A DNA stretch of 44,767 nt, taken from positions 1 through 44,767 of IMG/VR virus record IMGVR_UViG_3300027575_000005. One strand, 5' to 3'. The notes beneath the pieces were generated by a model. It was given only the letters and a program-made list of their open reading frames with translations. It did no database searches and was not told the DNA's origin. This document shows, in pieces, positions 24,660 through 34,066 of this stretch. Source of the stretch: a virus (taxonomy: Duplodnaviria; Caudoviricetes). The stretch's first letter is position 1. Each line of letters begins with the position of its first letter. The translations under genes were made by a program, and so were the position numbers.

Positions 24660-27600
24660 CTATTTTTCCTGCTGCTTTTTCGGCCACTGCGTCTGCGCGG
24701 TATCACCCGGAAGAATCTCAGGATAGAGCGAAAGAATGTTCATGGGTAGTGGTGAATCCTGCTGCAACGCGACTTGTCCAGTGGTCGCAATGCCTCCCCC
24801 TGTAGGAATGCGGATATCCCCCGTAAACAGTGGCGTGGTCAATGAGTTGTAAGGAGGCCGCGGCCGATTCGGAGCCCCAGCGTAGATCACTCTGGTTAAT
24901 CCCCCAGCACCCTCGTTCCAAGGCACCGAGACTGGCATAGGCGACTGCGTCGAAGCGTCAGGCTGATTCGTCCCCATTCTGATTCCAGTCCCGCCAGAAG
25001 CCTCAAGCCGCACGGTCACCGCAGGAATCTTCTTCCTCTGGGCCTGCAATGTAGGCTCCCCAGCATCAAGATAAACCGTTTGAAACTGCGGCAGGAACGC
25101 CAATCCTACCACGACTTGCGAAGCGGCAGTGCCCAACGTGATCGTCCCCGTCGCCGAAACCACAGTCGGGGAAATCACATTGCCGTCCGCCAGTCCCGTG
25201 ACCGTAGCCCCCGCCAAATGCTGCAAGCCGCCAATGACCGTGACAGGAGCCGTCATCGTCCAAGACCCTGCCGGCTGCGATTCCACGATCCCACCCGAGT
25301 TCGGCACCACATCGATAATCGGAGAGAGGATATTCGCCGTGACATGCTCGGAATCGGTAAACGCCGTAATCGAAGCAATCCCGCCGCCCATCCGGATAAC
25401 GGACCCCACGTTCGGAGCCGAAAAGACCGCAGCCGAAGCCGTGAACGTCGCGGTATTGCTCAAGGTCACAACCGCATTCGGCGCGCTCGCGAACGAACCG
25501 CCCTGAGAGCCGGCCGGGTCGTTGAATACCAGTTGCGGATTGAGATAGCCGGTTCCCTGAGAGCTAAACGTGATCCCGGTAATCACGCCGCCAGCAATCG
25601 TCAGAACAGGAACGGCACCCGTGCCAGGCCCCGGCGGTCCATTAGGAATCAAGGGAGCGTCAATGACAGTTGCCGTCGTCCCCGCCGACCATCCCGAGTT
25701 CGTTGCAATCGACGTAACGCCTGTGCAAGCCCCAAGCCCCGTCGCCGAGCTTGCCGTCAGAGACGCAGCAGGAGTCGGCTGCGAAAGAGACAACCCGGCA
25801 TCAACGGCCCACACGTCCTCTGACGCGAGCCACTGTCGGTTGTCCATCCGCTCGATCATGTACGCGGTATTCGTTCCGGGAAATCTCTGCGTCGCCAGAT
25901 AGAGAGCATTGTTCGGAGGCTCTACCACAGAGCAAACACTCACGAATATTCCGTTCGTATCGTGCCGCCCCCAACCTGCAATCTGCTGCGATTTATAATA
26001 GGTCAGACTCAGCATTACGCCGTCACTGCGCACCGCCCATAACAATTTGTAAGGCTGCTCGCACCACGCATGTTGCAAGATGGTGTAGTTCTTGAACAGA
26101 TGCGAAGAATTCTCCGTGATATCGATTGGCTCAGACAGCGCATAAAGCTGATAGGGAAGATCGCGATAGTATGATCCTTGCGCCTCCACATAGATCACGT
26201 CGTAATTGATCTTGATCGGCGGCACAGTGGGAGAACAACCAGAAAACGCTTGCGTGGTGACGTTCTGACTCGATGGCGAAATCTCTTGCACGTTCGTCGC
26301 AAAAGAACCTGTACCAACGAGAAGCCAAGCCGAAAGCCCCGTCATCACCAACAAACCACCCGAAGTCGGCACCATCCACTGAATGCCATTGACCTCGAAC
26401 GACCACGGCGATCCTGTGATAGCGTCGGAATCAATCGTCGGAATTCTGGTATCAAAATTGGTGAACGCTCCCGGTTGAGACATATAATAGGTGTCGGGAT
26501 TATTGAGGGTGTTCGCGTAGGCACGTCGTTCCTGAAAATAGGAAACCGTGGAAGGATAAGTTCCACTCTCCGGACCAATAGTCAGTTGCGCCGTCGCCGA
26601 TCCCCCACCTACAACGACAACCGCAACGGTATCGCCCGGCTCAAATCCCTTGCCTCCATCAGCCACGTTGATTTGCACCAACACGCTATTGACGATGATA
26701 GGCACAAGGACCGCATCCGTCCCGCCCGCGGTTCCAAACGTGAACGTAACCGATGTGACCGTGCCAGAGCTTGTCAGCACTTGGACGGATTGAATCTGCC
26801 CGCGCGCAAATGGGTCCTGATGTGTCGGAGGAACCTGCGCATAATCCGCGACGATATTGTTGTCGGCGAAAGATGCTCCATAGGCTTGCCCCGCAAACCC
26901 GTACAAAGCGCCCCCCGGAATCGGCACAGGACCCGGAAGCGGTTGAGCTTTGTAGACGTTGTACTCTTGAACACCGAGAGTCGCGGGCGGCGTCCATGTT
27001 ATGAGAATAGTCCCGGCCGTGCTCGCAACATCTACTGCGTTGCTCACAAGAGCGATATTAGATGCGATGCTTTCGCTTCCGTCTGTCGGGCTTACCGCCG
27101 TCACCACATAGCCGTAGTCTGTGCTCCCCGCCGAAGTCGCACTCCCTGCAGCATTGGTCGGCGGCAGCACTGATGGTTCCGGAACAACAGCAGTAAAATT
27201 CCAACTCGTATCCGAAACGCGATTCAAATCCTGCGCTGGGTATTCCGTTTGCGTTATCTGATTCACACAGCAAATTGACATCACGTCCGCCGATTGCGTG
27301 AATTTCAGATAGTCCAAATCCGCCTCGGCATAGATCGTCGTGAGCGTGAAGATTCGCGACGCCAACCCGCCCGATGTATAAACCCCGAACGCCGTGGAAT
27401 TGATCGGATTACCGTACACGTCATGTAAAGTCAGAGAACTCCCGGCAACGAGCGCGATGACCGCAGTCAGGCCGTTTAGTTGCGTCATTCCGCCAACACC
27501 GGAAATCTCTATCCAATCGCCTGCGTTGAAGAATGGCACGAGAGAAATAGGCGTCGTGGTGACCGTGAATTGTGCTCCGATGCCGCTTCCGGTTGTGGAG

Positions 27601-28688
27601 GCTTGAGACACCGGATTTGATGGATAGGTCGAGTAAGAACCTGCCACAGAAACAGCGACCGCGTGCGGCGCCATCAACGCACCAAGGAAAGTTGCTCCCG
27701 TTCCCGACCCTGACGTAGAGGCTTGTGTAAAAGTACCGCCCGCAGGATTCGCCGTGAACACGCCGGGATTGGTGATGGTGAAGCCAAGCACCCCGAGCGT
27801 GATATCGAGTTGCGCGCCGGTCAGCGTAACGCCCACAGGAGCGCCCCCGCCCGAGTAAGAAACAAGCGTCACCGGCTCGTTCGCAGGAGTCGTGGGATTG
27901 ACCGTATAGTTGCCCGCCAGCGAAATCGAATTGACGCTCAGCAATCCGGTCACGTCCATCTGACAAGACGCCTGGAATTTTATTCCCGTGCCCGTGGTGC
28001 CTTGAACAATTGCAGTCGTCGCACCTGACCATGTTCCTGGAACAACAATGCCAGCCGCCGCGATAGTGGCCCCGGAAACCTGCGTAGTAGCCACAGTCAG
28101 GACCGCAGGCGTACTCTGTGTTCCGCCCGTCAGATGAATCGTATCGACGGGCGCGTAGATTCCAACCCCGGAGAAATTCAGTGCGAGATTCAGAAGGAGC
28201 GTATTTGTAACAGAAAGTCTCGTCGGCACCGAGAAGATACCGCCCGCGAGTGTCACCAAATCCGCAGGCGCATAGGACTGAGATATCCCTGAATTGACCG
28301 GCACCGCAGAAGCCGCTTCCGCACCCGTTCCGTTGACCGTGATCACCAACGGGTTCGCGTTCGTCGCCGCCGTGATCGTCGCTTGAAGATCGGAAACAAA
28401 TGCACCGTTGGAAACGACGCGCATGTAGAAATTACCGAATTCCAGCGCCAGCCCTTGATTGATTGAGAATTGAAATGGAATCAGGCGCGGCGGGAACGAG
28501 CGTCCGGTTTGTTTGGAGAAACCTACAAAGGCTGTGCCGGCGCGTGAGTATGCGCCTCCTTGAAAACCGACATAGAGATTGCGGAGCGTCGCGCACGCGA
28601 TGTGAAGGCGCGCAAGATCAAACCTACCAAATAAAGCGGGTGCGACTTCTCCGATAGTGAAGGCCGGTAAACTGACAGGCACCGACAT
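24660..28688 (-). CDS. Tail tubular protein B / nozzle (T7 gp12 / P22 gp10-like) with large insertions
   Basis: FTIGEVAPALFGRFDL, RLIPFQFS...LEFG..YMRV, QSADV, YPSTVSYFQER, GWGRHDTNG, LQHLAGATVTGLADG, PLPMNILS. Confidence 0.9.
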   Translation of the reverse strand: MSVPVSLPAFTIGEVAPALFGRFDLARLHIACATLRNLYVGFQGGAYSRAGTAFVGFSKQTGRSFPPRLIPFQFSINQGLALEFGNFYMRVVSNGAFVSDLQATITAATNANPLVITVNGTGAEAASAVPVNSGISQSYAPADLVTLAGGIFSVPTRLSVTNTLLLNLALNFSGVGIYAPVDTIHLTGGTQSTPAVLTVATTQVSGATIAAAGIVVPGTWSGATTAIVQGTTGTGIKFQASCQMDVTGLLSVNSISLAGNYTVNPTTPANEPVTLVSYSGGGAPVGVTLTGAQLDITLGVLGFTITNPGVFTANPAGGTFTQASTSGSGTGATFLGALMAPHAVAVSVAGSYSTYPSNPVSQASTTGSGIGAQFTVTTTPISLVPFFNAGDWIEISGVGGMTQLNGLTAVIALVAGSSLTLHDVYGNPINSTAFGVYTSGGLASRIFTLTTIYAEADLDYLKFTQSADVMSICCVNQITQTEYPAQDLNRVSDTSWNFTAVVPEPSVLPPTNAAGSATSAGSTDYGYVVTAVSPTDGSESIASNIALVSNAVDVASTAGTILITWTPPATLGVQEYNVYKAQPLPGPVPIPGGALYGFAGQAYGASFADNNIVADYAQVPPTHQDPFARGQIQSVQVLTSSGTVTSVTFTFGTAGGTDAVLVPIIVNSVLVQINVADGGKGFEPGDTVAVVVVGGGSATAQLTIGPESGTYPSTVSYFQERRAYANTLNNPDTYYMSQPGAFTNFDTRIPTIDSDAITGSPWSFEVNGIQWMVPTSGGLLVMTGLSAWLLVGTGSFATNVQEISPSSQNVTTQAFSGCSPTVPPIKINYDVIYVEAQGSYYRDLPYQLYALSEPIDITENSSHLFKNYTILQHAWCEQPYKLLWAVRSDGVMLSLTYYKSQQIAGWGRHDTNGIFVSVCSVVEPPNNALYLATQRFPGTNTAYMIERMDNRQWLASEDVWAVDAGLSLSQPTPAASLTASSATGLGACTGVTSIATNSGWSAGTTATVIDAPLIPNGPPGPGTGAVPVLTIAGGVITGITFSSQGTGYLNPQLVFNDPAGSQGGSFASAPNAVVTLSNTATFTASAAVFSAPNVGSVIRMGGGIASITAFTDSEHVTANILSPIIDVVPNSGGIVESQPAGSWTMTAPVTVIGGLQHLAGATVTGLADGNVISPTVVSATGTITLGTAASQVVVGLAFLPQFQTVYLDAGEPTLQAQRKKIPAVTVRLEASGGTGIRMGTNQPDASTQSPMPVSVPWNEGAGGLTRVIYAGAPNRPRPPYNSLTTPLFTGDIRIPTGGGIATTGQVALQQDSPLPMNILSLYPEILPGDTAQTQWPKKQQEK

Positions 28689-28700
28689 TGTTTGGTCCTA

Positions 28701-29594
28701 TCAATACACCGATCCATCCGAAAACGACAGGCTGTCGTAGCCGCAAAACAGATTCCCAGGACCGCCATATCCGCCCGAACCACCCCACCAGCCGCGACCA
28801 GCACCAGCATCCCGAGCCGCCAACCAATCGACCGGAATATCGTTCTTTGGTGTTCCCTCGTTCCCATCCGTCATACGAGCGTTCATTACTTTTTCTTTCG
28901 CAATCGCTATTTGCTGGCCCCTTAATTCAAGGCCGAACTTGCGATCTTTCTCGATCCAAAGCGGCAGCGCCACTTCGCTCGCGAGATAAGCAACGAGCGC
29001 GGCGCGAAACTGTACATCCCAATTGCTCGGATAGAGCATCAGGCGCGTGTAGACAAAAATTGCGTTCTGCACATTTGTCAGAATCACGGTTCGCCCTTGC
29101 GGAGAAACACCTTGCGTTTCCCACGTGACTTGCCCTGCGGGTACGGGATAATTGGTATCCGTCGCCTCAAGCCACGGCGCCGGACGCAATCGCGCGCCGA
29201 CGATGGGTTGCTGGCCAAAATTCGTCATGAGCGGCGCACCGGAATTCGGCGGCACGATGTTGCCCTGTGGCGCTCCCGGATTTGTTGGAAGGTTGTAAGG
29301 TAAAAATCTTCCCTTCATTCCGTCAATGGGCCATGCGTATTCATACTGAAAAGGAGCAATAACCTGTGTGCCGACATTGGGCGTATTTCCCGAGGCATCA
29401 GCCAGCAACAATAATGGAGCCTGAGCACGCGCGAAGTTCCAGTGACAAGCGCGGAGCAATTGTCTGAGGCATTGCCAATATGCGCGGAGCAAGACTTGCG
29501 CGGCGCGCGTACCTTCTTCGATGTCTCCGATAGTCACCGGAGACCCGATGGCGTCCAAACTTTGCTGCGCAACGTCTGTCGGCGTCTGAGCCAT
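28701..29594 (-). CDS. Tail tubular protein A / head-tail adaptor paralogue 3
   Basis: SLDAIG...I.DIEEG..AA...LLRACHWNFA...YEYAWP.D...WDVQFRAAL..YLA. Confidence 0.8.
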   Translation of the reverse strand: MAQTPTDVAQQSLDAIGSPVTIGDIEEGTRAAQVLLRAYWQCLRQLLRACHWNFARAQAPLLLLADASGNTPNVGTQVIAPFQYEYAWPIDGMKGRFLPYNLPTNPGAPQGNIVPPNSGAPLMTNFGQQPIVGARLRPAPWLEATDTNYPVPAGQVTWETQGVSPQGRTVILTNVQNAIFVYTRLMLYPSNWDVQFRAALVAYLASEVALPLWIEKDRKFGLELRGQQIAIAKEKVMNARMTDGNEGTPKNDIPVDWLAARDAGAGRGWWGGSGGYGGPGNLFCGYDSLSFSDGSVY

Positions 29595-29597
29595 CGC

Positions 29598-30215
29598 CTA
29601 GCCTTGCTCGGTTTCTGCCATCGCGACAGTTTGTGCTTCGTCGGCGGCGGCAGGCTGAATTGCATTCAATCCGATTAGTTGAGGAACGAGCCGCCGCCCG
29701 AGCGCCGCCGCGAGCGAATCCGTATAGCCCGTATTCCATGTGGCAGGGTCCGTGATTTGTCCCGTGTACACAAGATTTGCGTTTGGCACATCACAGAGAA
29801 TTACCTTTTGCGCGGGCGTATAGTTGTTGTCGTTCGCGAGAAAGAAGCGATTCGGCTGCGGATCGAAATTGAGTACGAACAGCGGCACGGGCTTGACGGC
29901 GCGGACCTTGAGGCAATCTGGCGGATACTGGTAGCTAAAGAGCCACCCTGGCGGCGGATTTGTCGCGGGATTCCAAACAACCGGCGGCACATATCCGTTG
30001 ACTGGCGCCGACTTCAAAAGTGTCATCGTCAGATTGCGTTCGGCAAAATCCCAATCGTTCTCGACTAACACTTCATCGCGAGTCTGGGCGTAAACATCCA
30101 GCGCGGCCTTGGCCGCGGTAGAACCGTCAAACAATGATCCGACCCTGAGTTTATAGCCGATGCGGCGCAAGCAGAGATTTAGCACGTCGGCTGGATTGGT
30201 CACTGATGCAGGCAT
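29598..30215 (-). CDS. Tail tubular protein A / head-tail adaptor paralogue 2
   Basis: NLCLRRIG...DGS.AA...RDEVL...WDFA...YQYPPDCL...W...YTDSLA..L. Confidence 0.8.
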   Translation of the reverse strand: MPASVTNPADVLNLCLRRIGYKLRVGSLFDGSTAAKAALDVYAQTRDEVLVENDWDFAERNLTMTLLKSAPVNGYVPPVVWNPATNPPPGWLFSYQYPPDCLKVRAVKPVPLFVLNFDPQPNRFFLANDNNYTPAQKVILCDVPNANLVYTGQITDPATWNTGYTDSLAAALGRRLVPQLIGLNAIQPAAADEAQTVAMAETEQG

Positions 30216-30787
30216 TAATCCGGCCTCGTTTCACCGATGGATTCAAACGCAGCGCCGCTCTGCAGGTATGCCTCCGCACTATCCGGCCGCCCATACAGCG
30301 CCATCGAAAGTTCACTCGAAAGCAGGCGCACCACAGCTTCCCGGAAAAGCGCATCCCACGTCGATTCGTTCGGGTTGTTGTTATAGACCGCGAGCGCGCC
30401 TGCGAGATTGCACTGAATCACTTTCGTCTGCGTACCGCTTACGAGCGTATTGGCCACGTTCCAATTCACCGGGAGCGGATTGTTTGGATCGGAGAGTGCT
30501 GGCGGCATAAGCTGCCAGACTTCGATTCCATTCGACGGATAAGAATACTCTTGGGTGTAGGCGGGATTTGTAGGCGTGTTTCCTGTGCTGGCCAGTGCGA
30601 CGGTATTACGCGCGAGGTCCCAGCCCCATTGCCGCGCGACTGTCGCCACCACAGCGCTGTAGAGTTTGGAGAGGGCTATGCCTGCGGTCGATCCGTCCCA
30701 CGTTGGATTCTGGCCGCCCACGGTCGGCGCGTTATCCCCTGTCAGTTGTAGGGCTTCATTCGCAACGTCATTGCTCGTCGCGGCCAT
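30215..30787 (-). CDS. Tail tubular protein A / head-tail adaptor paralogue 1
   Basis: NEALQLTG...DGSTAG...WGWDLA...YSYP...WDALFREAVVRLL. Confidence 0.8.
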   Translation of the reverse strand: MAATSNDVANEALQLTGDNAPTVGGQNPTWDGSTAGIALSKLYSAVVATVARQWGWDLARNTVALASTGNTPTNPAYTQEYSYPSNGIEVWQLMPPALSDPNNPLPVNWNVANTLVSGTQTKVIQCNLAGALAVYNNNPNESTWDALFREAVVRLLSSELSMALYGRPDSAEAYLQSGAAFESIGETRPD

Positions 30788-33409
30788 CTACTGAATCCCA
30801 TAGATGATGATTGAGCCTGACGTTATATTGCCCGAATCCATCAAGACTTGGAAGCCGTCAACGACGCCTGCGGTGTTCCAATAACCGGACGATGCGCTAT
30901 TTGTCAGACTGCCATTTCCATTGAGATAGCCACCATTGACATATATCATGCAAAGTGCGTTTGCCGATGGAGTCGTTATGATAGCATTCCCAGAAAAACC
31001 AGGAGCAGCATTGGCTAGAGAGGCGGCGTTTGCATCGGCAGGTAAACTGATTGGAATATAAGTGGTGGAAGTACCGCCGCTGCTGGTATTTGAGATCAGG
31101 ACGGTATTATTTGACAGATATCCAGTGGCTTTGAATGCACCACCAGAATGGATTTGTAGTTGCAGTATTTTTTCGTTTGTTGCCGGCACGATGTTCTGAA
31201 ACACCAGCAAGTACGACGTGTAGGTGTTGGTGATATGCGTGGTGTCGCTCAACGACGCTGAATTGCTCGCAGTCAGCGTTGCGAGATTCACCATCGCGCC
31301 GGCAACGTTGGTGCCGCAGGTCGGGTCTGCACTCGCACCACCGCCGACGATGACCTGATTGGTTGCACATGGTCCCACAGCGTTCTGCGCCGACGCGCCT
31401 TCGCTGATTGGGATGGAATGTGCGGCGGCTGTGGCGTGACCTGTTCCTCCATTAGGAACAGTCACCGGAGACGACACCGTTAAGGCGGCTACTGCTAAAT
31501 TGCCTGCATTATCCAAGATGGCAGTAGACTCGCAGCTTACCGTACCGCTGCTGGCCGCATTATTGTAAAGGATACAACCGGCCGAGCCAGGGCTGACAAT
31601 TCCGGTTTTAGCAACGACAATGGAAGATGGGCCAGCGGCGCGGAAAATTCTCCATGCTGCACCATCGTAGCCGACGAGAAGATCGAGCGCGCCGCTACCG
31701 CCCGTAACTGTCGTTCCCGGCGTGGTGCAGGTGCCGTCGCCGCAATTCGCCGCGAGGCCATCAACGATGTGGGAGATTTGGCCGGCGGTCGGGGAGGCAG
31801 GGAGGCCGGCATAGGTGTGTGCCGCCAAAGTGGGGTCGGCGATCGTCGGCGCTTGCTGCCCAACGAGAATGCCGATTCCGGTCATTCCATCGCCAAAGCT
31901 ATCCTGATAGCCTTGCTGAAATTGGCAGTTGCCGGTGCTTCCCGGCATTTGACTACTGCAACTTGCATTGCTTGCGAGAAGTAGCCGGCCTGGGCCTACG
32001 CCAAAAAAAGTAGGCCCAGATGATCCGGCATCGCCACTACCAGAATGTGCCCATGCGCTAAGGTCAATATTTGAACTGATGCTTTGGGCAAACTGCGTCC
32101 AAGTAACAGCAGATGGAATGTGTGTCGTACCCGCGGCGACAAAATACCCGCCCGCAGAAATGTTCCAATGGTAATTAAAATTAGCGAGGATTGTCTCGCC
32201 GCCGCTCGTCATGTTTGACGAGGCTCCGCCGTTCACGCTTACGTGCGAACCACTGCCTCCCCAAGAGCCCCAATAGATATTACTGTAGTCGCAGATCGCT
32301 AGCTGTCTGCAAAAAATGCCCGTGCCGCCGCTTGCCGCAGTTATTTCTAAATTATTGACCCCGGCCTCCCCTCCATCTTGGATGACAATACCATTGCCGC
32401 TATGACTGCTGTCCGCAGCAGCAATGGAAAGAATGACGCTTGTCGGCGACCCAATATCGCCGTTGATAGAGACGAGCTGCGAAGAACTTCCGCCTGAATT
32501 TCCTTGAATCGTGCAAAGATTGCCGTTTCCGTCTGGCGCCGAATAGGTGCCGTGAGCAAGATTGATTGGTCCGACCGTTCCAAGGAACGTCGCAACCTGA
32601 GAAACAAACTGACACGCCGTCGCCAGCGTGCAGGCATTCCCCGAACTGAGACAGGTGCCGGTGCCGGTCGCCGTGGGCGCAGCAAAGAGAGGTAGCCCAC
32701 CGACCGGGGCATTAAGCACCCCGCACTGCCACGTCCCGGAAATTCTCAGAAGGTCGTAATTGTTGGTCGCGCACGCTCCATCAAGCGCCGCACTCTGCGT
32801 GCGGTTACCGAGCACGCCCGCATTGTTATAAAGCTCAAATCCACTCGTGCCGCTCGCAATGGGTGTCGTTCCGATAATGAGTGAACCGAGTCCGCCATTG
32901 ATCGGCGCACAACTCCCATTCACACAAACGTCAAAAGGCAGCGGAATCGCCGTACCACCAGACCCATAAATCAGTTGACCGCCTTGGATTCCTCCCGCGG
33001 TCGTGTTCGGCGAAAAGCAAAGAAAATGATACCCAGTCGGATTCGTAATCGGCGCATCGTAATCGCACCAATTCGTACCGAATGGTCCGGTCCCTTGTCC
33101 GGCATACGGAGGCGTGCCGGTTCCGCGAGCAACAAGAAGCTGCTCCGACAAACCATAACCCGTCGCGCCGCCACCGGCAGGCCCGGAATCCTGCACCACG
33201 GCCTGCCCCGAGCCTTGGCCCGTATACATCGGCGCGTGGCCTGGCGCCCAAGGTCCGCCTTGCAGAATCGTACCTTGCGCGAACACCGCTGTTGCGGAGA
33301 ACAGGAAAGAACAGAGGATCAGGATTGCGTCACGAGAGCGGAGCGATAACGGTTCGGTCACCCGCGCCAGAGTGACCGTGATGAGTCGCATCATGCGATC
33401 AGCCCTCAT
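30788..33409 (-). CDS. Tail fibre/spike-like protein with signal peptide, Cys-rich
   Basis: Hydrophobic leader ending AVFA|Q; beta-helix-like centre; VPNGGTG fibre motif; C-terminal LATLTASNSASL...SGNITSG..IYG fibre-tip domain. Confidence 0.7.
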   Translation of the reverse strand: MRADRMMRLITVTLARVTEPLSLRSRDAILILCSFLFSATAVFAQGTILQGGPWAPGHAPMYTGQGSGQAVVQDSGPAGGGATGYGLSEQLLVARGTGTPPYAGQGTGPFGTNWCDYDAPITNPTGYHFLCFSPNTTAGGIQGGQLIYGSGGTAIPLPFDVCVNGSCAPINGGLGSLIIGTTPIASGTSGFELYNNAGVLGNRTQSAALDGACATNNYDLLRISGTWQCGVLNAPVGGLPLFAAPTATGTGTCLSSGNACTLATACQFVSQVATFLGTVGPINLAHGTYSAPDGNGNLCTIQGNSGGSSSQLVSINGDIGSPTSVILSIAAADSSHSGNGIVIQDGGEAGVNNLEITAASGGTGIFCRQLAICDYSNIYWGSWGGSGSHVSVNGGASSNMTSGGETILANFNYHWNISAGGYFVAAGTTHIPSAVTWTQFAQSISSNIDLSAWAHSGSGDAGSSGPTFFGVGPGRLLLASNASCSSQMPGSTGNCQFQQGYQDSFGDGMTGIGILVGQQAPTIADPTLAAHTYAGLPASPTAGQISHIVDGLAANCGDGTCTTPGTTVTGGSGALDLLVGYDGAAWRIFRAAGPSSIVVAKTGIVSPGSAGCILYNNAASSGTVSCESTAILDNAGNLAVAALTVSSPVTVPNGGTGHATAAAHSIPISEGASAQNAVGPCATNQVIVGGGASADPTCGTNVAGAMVNLATLTASNSASLSDTTHITNTYTSYLLVFQNIVPATNEKILQLQIHSGGAFKATGYLSNNTVLISNTSSGGTSTTYIPISLPADANAASLANAAPGFSGNAIITTPSANALCMIYVNGGYLNGNGSLTNSASSGYWNTAGVVDGFQVLMDSGNITSGSIIIYGIQ

Positions 33410-33430
33410 GACCCAGAATCTTTTCTTGCC

Positions 33431-33934
33431 TTAGCAGTGCGTGACGATGCCGTTGATGACCGCAAAACTCGAACTCGGAGTGCCCGAGCACGACACCGGA
33501 TTGATAGCCTGTCCATTGACATTGAAATTCAATGGCAGACTTGAAGCGATTCCACCAGCACCGTATGCGATCAATCCCCCACCGCTTGCGTTCGGCGAGA
33601 AGCACAGGAAGTGATAGCCGGCGGCGGCGTTTGTGGGACCGTCGTTCATGCAGGCGATTGAGCCGAATGGGCCTGTGCCTTGTCCGACGTAAGGAGGCAA
33701 CCCCGTGCCGGTCGCTTGGAGTAGAAGTTCGCTCAATCCCGTTCCCGTCGCCCCGCCGCGCGCCGGGCCGCTGTCGGTAACGACGGCTTGGGAACTGCCG
33801 CTAGGGACATAGGCCGGCACATGTCCCGGCGTCCATGGTCCGCCTTGAAGCAAGGACGATTGCCCGAATGCCGGGATCGAAAGACTCAGCGCAAGAATGA
33901 CCGTGATGAGCCGCAGTGCAGTTTGCCCTCTCAT
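33431..33934 (-). CDS. Exported protein paralogous to the N-terminal domain of 30788..33409
   Basis: Leader ending PAFG|Q; shares QGGPW.PGH...DSGPA.GGATG.GLSE...GQGTGPFG...GYHFLCFSPN. Confidence 0.75.
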   Translation of the reverse strand: MRGQTALRLITVILALSLSIPAFGQSSLLQGGPWTPGHVPAYVPSGSSQAVVTDSGPARGGATGTGLSELLLQATGTGLPPYVGQGTGPFGSIACMNDGPTNAAAGYHFLCFSPNASGGGLIAYGAGGIASSLPLNFNVNGQAINPVSCSGTPSSSFAVINGIVTHC

Positions 33935-33955
33935 GAGACCAATCCTTAGACCTTT

Positions 33956-34045
33956 CTAGCGATTCTTGCCGGATATCTTATAGAAATAACCCCATATCGG
34001 AAAGGCCACCGAGGGCAGAAGCAAGAGCGCCCACCACCAATTCAT
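33956..34045 (-). CDS. 29-aa membrane peptide (not in ORF track)
   Basis: MNWWWALLLLPSVAFPIWGYFYKISGKNR*, GGAAGGA upstream. Confidence 0.45.
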   Translation of the reverse strand: MNWWWALLLLPSVAFPIWGYFYKISGKNR

Positions 34046-34066
34046 CGGCACTTTTCCTTCCTACCC

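Larger units (their letters stand above)
7958..33940. repeat. Dispersed bipartite element GGGTCA(C/T)GA-N-CGGTCA, 11 copies
   Basis: Long form (42-44 bp): 7958-8001(+), 8164-8207(-), 12880-12923(-), 13513-13554(-), 19361-19402(+), 24613-24654(-), 33373-33414(-), 33898-33940(-, degenerate). Short form (33-34 bp, ending ACGGTTCGGTCA): 13362-13394(+), 20638-20671(-), 33327-33360(+). Confidence 0.8.

Noticed and set aside
30788-33934. Diversity-generating retroelement (TR/VR), suggested by BPP-1-like genes and a duplicated fibre segment
   Set aside because: The duplication is N-terminal, differences are not adenine-specific, and no reverse transcriptase is in the window.
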